This document shows, one piece after another, positions 27,505-37,921 of a stretch of 64,000 bases of DNA (its first letter is position 1; the number at the start of each line of letters is the position of its first letter). The position numbers and the translations under genes were made by a program. Under the pieces are notes generated by a model. It was not told where the DNA came from. It ran no database searches and saw only the letters and a program-made list of their open reading frames with translations. The stretch comes from an uncultured Gammaproteobacteria bacterium (GTDB lineage: Bacteria; Patescibacteriota; Patescibacteriia; Magasanikbacterales; GWA2-37-8): assembly GCA_964535515.1 (NCBI GenBank), contig CAZHTA010000002.1, forward strand, positions 684-64,683, written 5' to 3'.

Positions 27505-27641
27505 GCCCCCTTCTACGGTTGCATTAACAATTCCACCCTAACAAAAAAATGGGGGGGGGGTGTCAACTACCCATACCACCCTCTTTGCTCTTATTCCTTT
27601 TCTTCTGTATAATATTGATAGTTAAGTTAATTTAAAAAAAT

Positions 27642-28676
27642 ATGCCCAAAACAAAAAAATTACACGTCGTCTTCTATGGCATCTGGCCAGAGATGAAAGA
27701 ATATATCCGTTCTCATATGAGCGGCTTTGGTTGCTCAATTTTAGAAGAAAAAGATATTACGGAAAAAAATATTAAAAAAGACACTGACGTATTAGTGGTA
27801 TTTGTTGAATCCCCAGTCACCAAAAAAACCATTGCCCAAATGCCTAACTTAAAAATGATCGCCACCATGAGTACTGGTTATGACCACATCGACACCAAAG
27901 CTGCCAAAGCAAAAAAAATCCCAGTATGCACTGTCCCTTTCTATGGCGAAAATACCGTCGCCGAACATGCTCTCGCTTTAATACTAGGATTAACACGTAA
28001 ACTCTTTCAGTCAGTTAAAAGAGTAAAAGAAGGTGTATATGATTATCATGGTCTACGCGGAGTTGATTTAAAAGGAAAAACTTTAGGTGTAATCGGTACC
28101 GGCCGCATTGGCATTCATTTGATTCGCATGGCTAAAGGGTTAGAAATGAATGTGATCGGTTACGATCCATACCCAAACAAAGATGTGGCCGAAGAGATGG
28201 GCTTTACTTATACTACCTTAGATAAACTTCTCGCCACCTCTGATGTAATTAGTTTACATGTTCCTCTTTTCCCTGAGACATATCACATGATAAACAAAAA
28301 AAATATTAAGAAAGTCAAAAAAGGCGCTTACATTATCAACACTGCACGCGGTGGTTTAATTGACCCAGAAGCATTAGTCTGGGCTTTACAAAAAGAACAA
28401 ATTTCCGGTGCTGGCCTAGATGTTTTAGAAGACGAAGGATTTGTCCAAGAGGAAGACAAGTTCCTCTCTGGTGGGTGCACTGAGTGTCAGATCAAAACTA
28501 ATTTGATGAACAACATAATCATTGATCATCCTAATACGATCGTAACTCCTCACAACGCATTCAATAGTACTGAGGCTTTACAAAGAATAATCGATACGAC
28601 TATTGAGAACATCCGTTCATTTGCTAAAGGCGAAATAAAAAACGACGCCACCGCACCTAAGCCAAAGAAAAAATAG
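27642..28676 (+). CDS. D-isomer-specific 2-hydroxyacid dehydrogenase family (NAD-binding)
   Basis: Rossmann motif GVIGTGRIGIHLIRMA and the catalytic Arg/Glu/His arrangement typical of D-LDH/PGDH-like enzymes. Confidence 0.75.
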   Translation: MPKTKKLHVVFYGIWPEMKEYIRSHMSGFGCSILEEKDITEKNIKKDTDVLVVFVESPVTKKTIAQMPNLKMIATMSTGYDHIDTKAAKAKKIPVCTVPFYGENTVAEHALALILGLTRKLFQSVKRVKEGVYDYHGLRGVDLKGKTLGVIGTGRIGIHLIRMAKGLEMNVIGYDPYPNKDVAEEMGFTYTTLDKLLATSDVISLHVPLFPETYHMINKKNIKKVKKGAYIINTARGGLIDPEALVWALQKEQISGAGLDVLEDEGFVQEEDKFLSGGCTECQIKTNLMNNIIIDHPNTIVTPHNAFNSTEALQRIIDTTIENIRSFAKGEIKNDATAPKPKKK

Positions 28677-28774
28677 ACAGAAAAACACAAAAAATCCCCA
28701 TAAAATATGGGGATTTTTGATATCCAACCTTGACAAGCACTAAATTTTATGATACTCTAAATTTGTTCATTATT

Positions 28775-29115
28775 GGTAATCGCCCCAACCTAGTTGGGAG
28801 AGGAAAGTCCGAACATCTTCCAATGCAAATTGGAAAAAAGGATAGTGGGTAACACCCACCCCCCGATCCGCAAGGTACCGGGGCGGGAAAGCGGCACAGA
28901 GACTATACTATCCCGGCTTACCCGGGAGAAAGGTGAAAAGCGCATGGGGGTTTTGGTTCTAGATCAAAGCTACTATGCCCCATCCACAGCAATGTGGAAT
29001 GGTGCCAAGCCCTATCTGATGCAAGAGCAGCCTTGTGACTGGAATACCTAGTCGCTTGGAAAAGTTCGCTCGCAATGATTCTGATGGTAACATCAGGACT
29101 AGATAAATGATTACC
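28775..29115 (+). ncRNA. rnpB: RNase P RNA (bacterial type)
   Basis: P4 signature GAGGAAAGUCCGAACA near the 5' end and CCCGGCUUACCCGGG further on. P1 formed by GGUAAUC (28775-28781) with GAUUACC (29109-29115). Promoter-like TTGACA at about 28731. The overlapping 85-aa ORF is spurious. Confidence 0.7.
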
Positions 29116-29230
29116 TCCTGTTAAAAAGACTTAGGCCAAAATATACTGAAAAATCCAATACGCGGAAAGTATCAGTGTAATATGGTTCGGTCTTACAACA
29201 GAAGACAAAATTCGGCTTATAATAATGAAC

Positions 29231-29263
29231 AACAAAAATCCCGATTTATTCGGGATTTTTGTT
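29231..29263. terminator. bidirectional intrinsic terminator (AAAAATCCCGA-ttta-TTCGGGATTTTTG)
   Basis: Near-copy of the rplS/uvrA terminator motif; overlaps the stop codon of the minus-strand ORF 29246-29557. Confidence 0.5.
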
Positions 29264-29557
29264 TAACATACTTTTTATCCTTTCTCCTTCTCTCTCCACC
29301 ACATCACCGTCTTTTTCTCCCGCATGTGCTTTTACCCCGGCATAGACTGGAGCGCGCTGATCTAAATGCAAATCAAACGACCAATTTTCTCCTTTGTCTT
29401 CAATGTATACATGAAACCTAGGATACAACATCGTTCGATCGGGGTGGCGCGTGTAACTCTTACCCCCACCATGGCGATCTACTTTTAAACCATAGCCACA
29501 ACGACGAATATATTGCTCAGAATCAGGTACCTGACTTTTTGGTAATAATATTTTCAT
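29246..29557 (-). CDS. hypothetical protein (103 aa)
   Basis: ORF track. Moderately elevated GC. No recognised domain. Confidence 0.4.
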   Translation of the reverse strand: MKILLPKSQVPDSEQYIRRCGYGLKVDRHGGGKSYTRHPDRTMLYPRFHVYIEDKGENWSFDLHLDQRAPVYAGVKAHAGEKDGDVVEREGERIKSMLNKNPE

Positions 29558-29559
29558 AT

Positions 29560-30588
29560 TTATATTTTTTTAATAATCCCCTTATTCGCATCTACTTCTA
29601 TTAAGTCACCATCTTTAAAAACTTCCGTCGCGATTTTTACATCAATTATACATGGAATCTTCAGCTCCCGTGCAATAATGGACGCATGACACACAATACC
29701 ACCCTCGTCAGTAATGATCGCTGCTGCTAACTTTAGCGCTGACATTAAATCAAAATTCGTCATGGGCGCCACAACAATATCACCCTTCTTTACTTTCTTA
29801 ATATCATTAACTGACTTTACTATCTTAACTCTACCTATTACTTTTCCTTTACTTGACACCCGGCCTTTAAAAACTTTCTGTCCTTTTTTTATGACCACCT
29901 TATCTAAAACAATTTTGTTATCAATTTTCTTCACACAACTTTCTAAACTCCCCAAACAAATATTCCCGTTAGAAGTAACAACAAAACCACGCCACCTTTT
30001 CTTTAACTCGGGCAACGGCGGAATCTTGCCAAACACTTCGTCCTTCCTTACACAAACGACATACTTTTTTAAAGCTGGTTTAAAACGTAGCAACCCATCG
30101 ATAATCTTCTTGTTGTTGTCAACAAAGTAAGTGTCCTTATCTCTTAGCTGCTTAGCTATAATTCGCGCCCAACCAGGAATCGCACGTTGTTCCACGGCCA
30201 AATAATACATTATCGGATAACTAGCCATATAACACTCAACCGCCTCGACGTAGCTCTTAAATTCTGTCCAAGAATTAAACTCCCACGCCTTTAATTTCTT
30301 AGCCCCTACGCGACATTGTTTAAGAATTTCCTTAATTTTATCGGGTTCTTTTTTACACATTACAACTATTTTTTTCTTTATCAATTTAATCATCTCCTCA
30401 TTCTCCCAAATCTCTACAGCACCATCATGTAGATAATCTAAACAAATCAAAGGTGATGAAAAAACAGCGCTAGAAGGCTTGAGAGATATCCGATCTAGTG
30501 TTTTTAACCACGTCTCTTGAATGATAAGAGAACTATCGCGAGTATAGTTTTTTGTTAACAATATATTTTTCTCAAGCTTCTTTTTCAT
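29560..30588 (-). CDS. protein with C-terminal PEP-utilising-enzyme mobile (phosphohistidine swivel) domain, N-terminal domain of unknown function
   Basis: C-terminal GDIVVAPMTNFDLMSALKLAAAIITDEGGIVCHASIIARELKIPCII matches the PEP-utiliser swivel domain with its catalytic His. Confidence 0.6.
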   Translation of the reverse strand: MKKKLEKNILLTKNYTRDSSLIIQETWLKTLDRISLKPSSAVFSSPLICLDYLHDGAVEIWENEEMIKLIKKKIVVMCKKEPDKIKEILKQCRVGAKKLKAWEFNSWTEFKSYVEAVECYMASYPIMYYLAVEQRAIPGWARIIAKQLRDKDTYFVDNNKKIIDGLLRFKPALKKYVVCVRKDEVFGKIPPLPELKKRWRGFVVTSNGNICLGSLESCVKKIDNKIVLDKVVIKKGQKVFKGRVSSKGKVIGRVKIVKSVNDIKKVKKGDIVVAPMTNFDLMSALKLAAAIITDEGGIVCHASIIARELKIPCIIDVKIATEVFKDGDLIEVDANKGIIKKI

Positions 30589-32024
30589 ATCTTTTTTACC
30601 ACTCCGTTTATAGCATCAACTTCAATTAAATCACCATCCTTAATTTTTTTAGTTACACCTACCACTCCAATCACTGCGGGAATTTTTAACTCTCGACTAA
30701 TAACAGAAGCGTGGCTGAGCACACTACCCTCTTCCGCCACAATCGCCTTGATCTTTCTCATATACGGTACCATATCAGGTAAAGTTGAGTCTGTTACCAA
30801 AATATCCGTGCCCTCAATTTTCTTATAGTCACTTTTAGACAAAACCAAAACTGCCCTACCACGAACTAAACCACGAAACGCCGGCCTTCCTTGCAAAGCA
30901 ATATTATCATCCACCTCACTAAACTTTAATTTACTTAACAACTTGTTTACAGCTTGACCTTCTATCTGATACCCTCGACTACCAATTCTAAAAAATGCAA
31001 AACCACGACGTCTCTCTAAAATCAGTCTACGCAAACTAACATCTTTAATTAAACCTTTTAATCCATTTTTTACCTCTTCTGGATAGAGATACAAAACATC
31101 CTGAGCTTTGTTAAGCTTTAAAACTCTCGCTACGGCAGCAAATAAATTTTGAACATAATAGGACGACTGATCCATCGCCTCTGAACGCCAACTACGAAAA
31201 TATATTGCCTCATTTAAAGTACGAACTTCTACCCTTTCATCTGGAGACAATTTCTCCAACAACTTATCAAAATCTTTCTTAGATTTTAGATAAGAAGACA
31301 AAAGTTTTTTGTACTCTTTTGCTGGAGTAAACACCGACCTAAGCTCGTGTAAAAAATACTCTTTACTATGAAAATCAAAAAACATCCCTTTGCTTTTTAA
31401 AAAAGAAAATAACTCAGTGTGTTTCTCTAATTGTCGTTTAAATTGTAGTGAGTCCAGACCTGCGTTTTTAGCAACAATAGCTAAATTTAACAAACTCAAA
31501 CGTTCTTCTGCGGTCGCGGTCTGACGCAACGGCGTCATCACTAAATTTTCATATTTCTCCCAATCTCGAAAATGTTTTTTTAATATTCCCAAAACTGATT
31601 GCGCCAATTGTTTCTCAATCATGAATGGCACAAACGCATAAACACCATATTTAACTACTGCGTCTACATATTTTTGATATTCCTTTAACAACTCCGCTGG
31701 TTGCACTTTGTCATATTTGTTAGATAACAATTTTCGCCAAGTTATCTGATCTTTGGTGTTAACTGCATAGGCCTGCTGCATGTATTTCAACATTACTCGC
31801 GGTTTTTTTCGATATGCAACCCACAAATTATTACTGAAAAGATCCCAATCCTTTTTTGCCCCAATCATATTACCAGCACAGCTAGCGATAGTTTTCATTG
31901 TCGGAGCATATACCGAATTAGGAGAAACCAAACTACCATGAACAAAAAAATATACCAACAGTGGTGTACGTTCACGTTTGTGGTACAAAAGCCATTCAAT
32001 TTTAGTAAGCTCCGAATAGTTCAT
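30585..32024 (-). CDS. paralogous protein with C-terminal PEP-utilising-enzyme mobile domain, larger unknown N-terminal region
   Basis: C-terminal DILVTDSTLPDMVPYMRKIKAIVAEEGSVLSHASVISRELKIPAVIG. 4-nt overlap with the downstream paralogue. Confidence 0.6.
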   Translation of the reverse strand: MNYSELTKIEWLLYHKRERTPLLVYFFVHGSLVSPNSVYAPTMKTIASCAGNMIGAKKDWDLFSNNLWVAYRKKPRVMLKYMQQAYAVNTKDQITWRKLLSNKYDKVQPAELLKEYQKYVDAVVKYGVYAFVPFMIEKQLAQSVLGILKKHFRDWEKYENLVMTPLRQTATAEERLSLLNLAIVAKNAGLDSLQFKRQLEKHTELFSFLKSKGMFFDFHSKEYFLHELRSVFTPAKEYKKLLSSYLKSKKDFDKLLEKLSPDERVEVRTLNEAIYFRSWRSEAMDQSSYYVQNLFAAVARVLKLNKAQDVLYLYPEEVKNGLKGLIKDVSLRRLILERRRGFAFFRIGSRGYQIEGQAVNKLLSKLKFSEVDDNIALQGRPAFRGLVRGRAVLVLSKSDYKKIEGTDILVTDSTLPDMVPYMRKIKAIVAEEGSVLSHASVISRELKIPAVIGVVGVTKKIKDGDLIEVDAINGVVKKI

Positions 32025-32125
32025 ACTTCGAAATAGTAACAGAAAAGACCGAGAATTTCAACCCAAAATCTAATTGACCAAAACCATCCTTTAGCGTAAA
32101 ATGGAAGAAAATACTAATTATCCCT

Positions 32126-33544
32126 ATGAAACGCTTTGAACTAATATTTACCTTTCTCCAATTACCTTTGGATTACCTAGCCATAATCCTCGCTGGTTTT
32201 GCTGCCTATGGATTACGTTTTTCTAATATCGTCACTTCAATCCGACCAGTAATCTTTAACCTTGGTTGGGATAAATATTGGCCATTGGTTCTAGTGGTTG
32301 GTATTGGTTGGCTGGTGATATTTGCTTTAAATGGGCTATACAAAATCGACCCAAACCGTAAATTCGCTGCCGACATCTCCCGTATCTTCATGGCCTGCTC
32401 TACTGGCTTTGCCGCCATTACCATTTATGTATTTTTTACCTTACAAAAATTTGATTCTCGCTTCTTGGTATTAGTTAGTGGAGTTTTAGCGATAATCTTT
32501 GTTATATTAGAACGAATGACCGTCCGTGGTATCAAAGCCATTCTTTACCACCAAGGAATCGGACTACGCAAATTAGTAATTGTTGGCAATGAAAATATCT
32601 CCCAAATTATCGCCGATTCATTTAAACAAAAAAAATATCTAGGATATTCTGTGGTTGGTGTTTTTAACCACTTTAGCGAAGAAGTAAAAAAGCAGATAAA
32701 AGAACTCCGCCCTGACGAAATGCTTTTTACTGATCCAAAAGCATCTGAAGAAGAGGCCTTACAAGCCGTAGATTTTGCTAATGAAAATCACCTAACTTTT
32801 CAATATTCAGCTGATCTTTTTGCAACCATTTCCACTAACATGACGGTCTATGCAGTCGCGGGCATACCGATAATCGAACTCCGTCGTGCTCGAATTGGTG
32901 CTTGGGGAAGAATTGCCAAACGTCTGTTTGATATTGTTGTTAGCCTGATTTTGATTATTATCCTCTCCCCGATCTATTTCCTAATTGCCCTGGGTATTTT
33001 AATTGAAACCGGCCGACCGATAATCTACAAAAACGAACGTGTCGGCCAAAAAGGTAAAAAGTTCACCACTTTAAAATTCCGTTCAATGTACCAAAAATAT
33101 TGCACTGGCACACAGTTTGATTCTCAAAACCAAGCGGCACTAACGGAAGAAGAAAAACTAATCGCTAATCAAAATGTTAAGGATGGTCCAGTGTACAAGA
33201 TAAAAGACGACCCAAGAGTTACAAAGTTTGGTCATATCATCCGCGCTTGGAGTTTGGATGAGCTACCACAATTCTGGAATATCTTAAAAGGTGAAATGAG
33301 TTTGGTTGGCCCTCGCCCACACCAACCACGTGAAGTAGAGAAATATGAAAAATGGCACAAGATCGTCATGGTGGTAAAACCCGGTTTAACTGGTATGGCC
33401 CAAGTATCTGGTAGAAGCAACCTCACCTTTGACGAAGAAGTTAAGCTCGACACTTTCTATATTGAAAACTGGTCCTGGTTGTTAGATTTAATAATCTTAA
33501 TCAAAACTCCCTTTGTCGTAATTAAACGCAAAGGTGCTTGGTAA
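32126..33544 (+). CDS. polyprenyl-phosphate glycosyl-1-phosphate transferase (bacterial sugar transferase, WbaP/CpsE-like)
   Basis: N-terminal TM bundle and C-terminal sugar-transferase domain ([22 protein letters not shown]). Confidence 0.8.
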   Translation: MKRFELIFTFLQLPLDYLAIILAGFAAYGLRFSNIVTSIRPVIFNLGWDKYWPLVLVVGIGWLVIFALNGLYKIDPNRKFAADISRIFMACSTGFAAITIYVFFTLQKFDSRFLVLVSGVLAIIFVILERMTVRGIKAILYHQGIGLRKLVIVGNENISQIIADSFKQKKYLGYSVVGVFNHFSEEVKKQIKELRPDEMLFTDPKASEEEALQAVDFANENHLTFQYSADLFATISTNMTVYAVAGIPIIELRRARIGAWGRIAKRLFDIVVSLILIIILSPIYFLIALGILIETGRPIIYKNERVGQKGKKFTTLKFRSMYQKYCTGTQFDSQNQAALTEEEKLIANQNVKDGPVYKIKDDPRVTKFGHIIRAWSLDELPQFWNILKGEMSLVGPRPHQPREVEKYEKWHKIVMVVKPGLTGMAQVSGRSNLTFDEEVKLDTFYIENWSWLLDLIILIKTPFVVIKRKGAW

Positions 33545-33548
33545 AAAT

Positions 33549-34670
33549 ATGCGGATCGCCCTAGTACACGACTACCTCGCGCAAGATGGAGGGGCGGAGC
33601 GCGTCTTAAAAGCTCTCCAAGAAATTTGGCCTAGTGCGCCAATTTTTGTATTATTCCATGATCCTAAGAAAATCAATTACATCCCAACAGAAAAAATCAT
33701 TGAATCATTTCTCGCAAAAATGCCATTTATCCGCTCGTCATTCCCTTGGTATTTACCGCTAATGCCCGTGGCTACTGAACGTCACGACTTAAGCAAATTT
33801 GACATTGTCATTTCTTCCTCCAGTGTCTTCGCTAAAGGCGTTATTACCCCGCCCCATGCTCTCCACGTGTCATATTGCCATACACCCGCACGGTTCCTCT
33901 GGGCAGACAGTCATGATTACCTATCTGATCTAAAAAGAAGCCGACTGATAAAAATAATACTACCACCTTTGATGCATCGCTTACGCCTTTGGGACCAAAT
34001 GAGCACTGAGCGAGTAGACCAGTTTATCGCTAACTCACGCACAGTTCGTCAACGTATTTTAAAATATTACCGTCGTGAAAGTGTCGTTATCCACCCGCCA
34101 GTAACAATCCAGCCAACGACTAACAACAGAGTTGGGCAATATTTTGTTGCCGGCGGAAGACTGGTACCTTACAAACGATTAGATATCGCCATCAAAGTAT
34201 TTAATCGTTTAGGTTGGAATTTAAAAATATTTGGTACTGGTCCAGAGTTAAATTATCTTAAAAAAATCGCTAAACCAAATATTGAATTCTTAGGAAAAAT
34301 CTCTGAAGAAGAAAAAGCCAATATCCTTTCTGGTGCCCGCGCTTTTATCCACCCCCAATTAGAAGATTTTGGCATCACCCCGATTGAAAGCATGGCTGCT
34401 GGTCGCCCGGTTATTGCCTATGGCCAAGGCGGTGCTACAGAAACTATTCGCCACAACATCACCGGCATATTTTTTCCTGAACAAACCTGGGAATCACTAT
34501 ACGAAGCATTAATAAAATTCAAACCTTTTGAATGGGATACCCAGAAGATAAAAGAACACGCGGCTGAATTCAGCGCCGAAAAATTCAAAACTGAAATCAA
34601 AAAGCAAGTTGAGGACTACTATGAAGAATTTAAAAAAGGTTGGAACCAATGTCAATTAAAAGTAAACTAA
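33549..34670 (+). CDS. glycosyltransferase family 4
   Basis: EDFGITPIESMAAGRPVIAYGQGGATETI (the GT4 E-x7-E region). Start placed at MRIALV. Confidence 0.75.
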   Translation: MRIALVHDYLAQDGGAERVLKALQEIWPSAPIFVLFHDPKKINYIPTEKIIESFLAKMPFIRSSFPWYLPLMPVATERHDLSKFDIVISSSSVFAKGVITPPHALHVSYCHTPARFLWADSHDYLSDLKRSRLIKIILPPLMHRLRLWDQMSTERVDQFIANSRTVRQRILKYYRRESVVIHPPVTIQPTTNNRVGQYFVAGGRLVPYKRLDIAIKVFNRLGWNLKIFGTGPELNYLKKIAKPNIEFLGKISEEEKANILSGARAFIHPQLEDFGITPIESMAAGRPVIAYGQGGATETIRHNITGIFFPEQTWESLYEALIKFKPFEWDTQKIKEHAAEFSAEKFKTEIKKQVEDYYEEFKKGWNQCQLKVN

Positions 34671-34713
34671 AACCCCGGTTGTTACCGGGGTTTTAAAATA
34701 TCTCAAAAACAAT

Positions 34714-35961
34714 TTAATTAAAACCGATAAAAGAAGAAACAACCAAAGCAACTGTCGCAGCAATAATACCAGCAATTGTTAACCAAGCAATCGCATTTCC
34801 AATTGGCTTGTTGGTGTACTCACCCATGATACGTTTGTTGTTTATTATCTTCATCACAAAAATCAAGATAAACGGCAAAAGAATACCGTTGATATCTTGT
34901 GACCAGATCATTATTTTAATCAAAGAAATACCTGGAATCAAAACCATCAAAGCCGGAACAAAAATAGTAAGGAGAATAATGCTGTAAAACACTCTACCAT
35001 TCTCCCAAGTAGTATCAAACCCTGATTCCCAACCAAACGCTTCACAAATCGCATAGGCAGTGGCAGTTGGTAAAATAAAAGCGCCAAGCATTGAAGCAAT
35101 GAACAAACCAAAAGCAAACAAAAATTGTGCAAGTTCTCCGGCTAACGGACGCAGTGATTGAGCAGCATCAGCGGCGCTCTCAATGCGAATACCATGTTTG
35201 TACAAAGTAGCGGCCGTACCAATAATGATAAAAAAACTAACAATGTCAGTGATAAAAGCACCAATATATACTTCTACTTTTTCCGCCTTGTAGTGCTTAA
35301 TCTCTAGCCCCTTATCAACCACATAGGACTGAATAAAAAATTGCCCCCAAGGCGTGATGGTCGTACCAATCAAAGCAATCATGGTTAAAAGAAACGGCGC
35401 ATTCCACTCTAAAGTAGGTTTAAACATGTCCTTTACGGCCGCACCGAAATCTGGTCCGATAACAAAGCCGTTGATGATATAAACAATGTAGAAAAAAGAA
35501 AACAACAAAAATATTTTTTGCGTGGTTCTAAACGATCCTTTGTAAAGGATAAACCAAACCACTAAAGCTGAAATTGGTACTGACAAATATTTACTAATTC
35601 CAATTAAAGAAAAAGAGGAAGCGACACCAGCAAACTCAGCGGTTACTGTGCCAACATTAGCAACTAACATAAGCAACATCGCTAGTGCTGTCAGTTTTAC
35701 ACCAAAAGTCTCACGAATAATACCGGCTAAACCCTGACGGGTGACTAAACCAATACGCACCCCCATCTCCTGGGTAATCGCCAAAGAAAAAGTAATTAAA
35801 AGTAGTACCCACAACATTTTAGTTCCAAAGTGGGCACCAGCAATTGAATAAGTAGTAATACCACCCGCATCATTGTCAGCATTAGCCGCAATAATACCAG
35901 GACCAATTACTCCCAAGAAAAAAACAATTTTAATCCACCAATGTCGCAATCTACCTTGCAT
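34714..35961 (-). CDS. Nramp-family divalent metal transporter (MntH-like)
   Basis: About 11 TM segments. N-terminal GPGIIAANADNDAGGITTYS resembles the Nramp DPGN region. Confidence 0.65.
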   Translation of the reverse strand: MQGRLRHWWIKIVFFLGVIGPGIIAANADNDAGGITTYSIAGAHFGTKMLWVLLLITFSLAITQEMGVRIGLVTRQGLAGIIRETFGVKLTALAMLLMLVANVGTVTAEFAGVASSFSLIGISKYLSVPISALVVWFILYKGSFRTTQKIFLLFSFFYIVYIINGFVIGPDFGAAVKDMFKPTLEWNAPFLLTMIALIGTTITPWGQFFIQSYVVDKGLEIKHYKAEKVEVYIGAFITDIVSFFIIIGTAATLYKHGIRIESAADAAQSLRPLAGELAQFLFAFGLFIASMLGAFILPTATAYAICEAFGWESGFDTTWENGRVFYSIILLTIFVPALMVLIPGISLIKIMIWSQDINGILLPFILIFVMKIINNKRIMGEYTNKPIGNAIAWLTIAGIIAATVALVVSSFIGFN

Positions 35962-35966
35962 ACATT

Positions 35967-37205
35967 TTAAGCTTGCGGCACCAAATGGCGCATCACATCG
36001 TCGATTGTTACTACCCCTAACATTCTCTGCTCTTTGTCCAACACCACAGCTGTATACAGATCATATTTGGTCATAACCTTAATTACGTCTTCCACATCTT
36101 GATCAACTTGTAAAACCGAACTAATTGGAAAAGTTTTAACTAACTCTTTAATATTTTTATCAGGATCAGAAATTAATAACCAACGCAAAGAAACTGACCC
36201 TAAAAACTTATCATCTTCGCCTAAAACGTAAACATAAACAATGGAACGCAAAGTAGCAGATACTTTTTTAATTTCCGCAATCACCTCTCTCACTGTCCAA
36301 TCTGGTTTAACACGAATATACTCAGACGTCATCAAACCACCAGCGGTATCATCTTCATATTTAATCAATTTCTCAATTTTTCTTGCCTTTTGATTTTGAA
36401 TATATGACAAGAAAATACGTGCCTCTTCTTTGGGCATAGTTTTAAGCAAGTCCACGATTTCGTCAGTAGACATCTGTCCTAAAATACTAGACATTTTTTC
36501 TGGACCCAAATATTTAACCAACACTTTCTGCAAATGTGGATCTACTTCTTCCAAAACCTTTGCTGCTGATTTAGCGTCCAAACTAACCACCAATTGACTA
36601 CCGGCTTTAACATTCAAATCTTCAATAACATTAGCCAAATCAGCTGGGTGAAGCCGATTCAAATTTTTAGCGGCTGTATCTAATTTTAAAATGCCTCTCA
36701 CTGGCTGGGTGTGACGCCAATCAATCAAATTAACCTTTAGCCAATCACGAAAATCTAGCCACTCCAAACCCATTCGACGTAACAACCCTTTGGTGCTTAC
36801 ATCAATCCCCACCACGCTCATCTTGTCTTTAAAAATATTAAGACGTAAATCATTAACCCGCACTAACCGTGCACCCTCCACATCCACAATCTGTTCGTCC
36901 ATCACATCACGCTTTAAATATACCCAACCAGCGTTCTCAACCTCAGGTGTAGTAGATATTTTTTTAATTGGTGTTTTAAGAAAAATAAAACGCCGGCTAA
37001 AATTGCCGACGAAAGAATATGGTACTAAAATATTTTCCCCACTCTCTTTGCTTTCTATTACCAAAAATTCTAAAGGTTGATATTCTGACGCTTTGGAACT
37101 AATTAAAATATCTTTTAACCTCCCCACAACCTCATCAGCACTGTCTTTAACCTTATGATTTAGTAATTCACTTAAGTATGGCATATGGTAATAGTTAGAC
37201 GCCAA
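35967..37205 (-). CDS. MgtE-N domain plus tandem CBS domain protein lacking the MgtE channel TM domain
   Basis: MgtE intracellular N-domain-like region and CBS pair. No C-terminal hydrophobic segments. Sits immediately upstream of the Nramp gene on the same strand. Confidence 0.6.
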   Translation of the reverse strand: MASNYYHMPYLSELLNHKVKDSADEVVGRLKDILISSKASEYQPLEFLVIESKESGENILVPYSFVGNFSRRFIFLKTPIKKISTTPEVENAGWVYLKRDVMDEQIVDVEGARLVRVNDLRLNIFKDKMSVVGIDVSTKGLLRRMGLEWLDFRDWLKVNLIDWRHTQPVRGILKLDTAAKNLNRLHPADLANVIEDLNVKAGSQLVVSLDAKSAAKVLEEVDPHLQKVLVKYLGPEKMSSILGQMSTDEIVDLLKTMPKEEARIFLSYIQNQKARKIEKLIKYEDDTAGGLMTSEYIRVKPDWTVREVIAEIKKVSATLRSIVYVYVLGEDDKFLGSVSLRWLLISDPDKNIKELVKTFPISSVLQVDQDVEDVIKVMTKYDLYTAVVLDKEQRMLGVVTIDDVMRHLVPQA

Positions 37206-37230
37206 TATTATATCCTAAAAAAGAGAAAAA

Positions 37231-37315
37231 AACAACCATAAACAAAAACACCATCCGCAAAAACCTCCTCGCTATATCTACAAATATTTGTAAACATAGC
37301 GGGAAGCGGATGGTG
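37231..37315 (-). terminator. intrinsic terminator for GC-rich island D gene (CACCAUCCGC...GCGGAUGGUG 10-bp stem, then T-run on minus strand)
   Basis: Inverted repeat 37249-37258 with 37306-37315; the minus strand continues tttttgtttatgg. Confidence 0.5.
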
Positions 37316-37342
37316 TCTTGTTGTCTCCTCTCCCCGGGCGCT

Positions 37343-37921
37343 TCATGAAATTAGCGCCTCCTCGATGGCGGCCAAGAAACGGGAGTGCTCGGTCCACAAA
37401 GGGCCGTTGTCGTAGGTTTGTCCTTCTTTTGATACACGACCGAGTGTGTGGTAGTAGCCGCGTTCTTCGAACAGAGAAGCCACGAATTCGATCTCGTCAT
37501 CAGACCAAGCTGAGCCGAGTTCGATGACATCGACTCCACGTTGGACTTCGGGATAGTCAGCCCCGAACGCGAGCAGCTCGCGGAAGGTCGCGGGACGAAG
37601 GTGTCTCCGCCTGAAGCGCGCGAGAATTTCTTCGGTGCGCGCTTTTCTCTTCATGTCAACGAGCACCAAGTCTGTGGTGCTCGCGACACCCCTTTCTTCA
37701 GCACTGTCGAAGCGGGCCATATTCACTCTGATATCGCAGCTGCTGTAGTCCCCAGCGCGTACCAACTCCGCGGTAGGCTTGCGGGGATCGTTGTCGATCC
37801 GGTAGATCCCCTTTTCTTCGACGAGGCGTCGCCTTAGAAATCGGCGAACCTCATCCGGGCACTTCGTTAGTAGTGCCTGGTCTTTCTCCGAGAACAGCTG
37901 AAAGTACGCTTCGGGTTCCAT
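37343..37921 (-). CDS. hypothetical protein (192 aa), GC-rich island D
   Basis: ORF track. High-GC codons. No TM and no recognisable domain. Confidence 0.45.
   Translation of the reverse strand: MEPEAYFQLFSEKDQALLTKCPDEVRRFLRRRLVEEKGIYRIDNDPRKPTAELVRAGDYSSCDIRVNMARFDSAEERGVASTTDLVLVDMKRKARTEEILARFRRRHLRPATFRELLAFGADYPEVQRGVDVIELGSAWSDDEIEFVASLFEERGYYHTLGRVSKEGQTYDNGPLWTEHSRFLAAIEEALIS

Noticed and set aside
28794-29051. 85-aa ORF on the plus strand
   Set aside because: Lies entirely within the RNase P RNA (P4 motif GGAAAGUCCGAACA at its start); coding is implausible.
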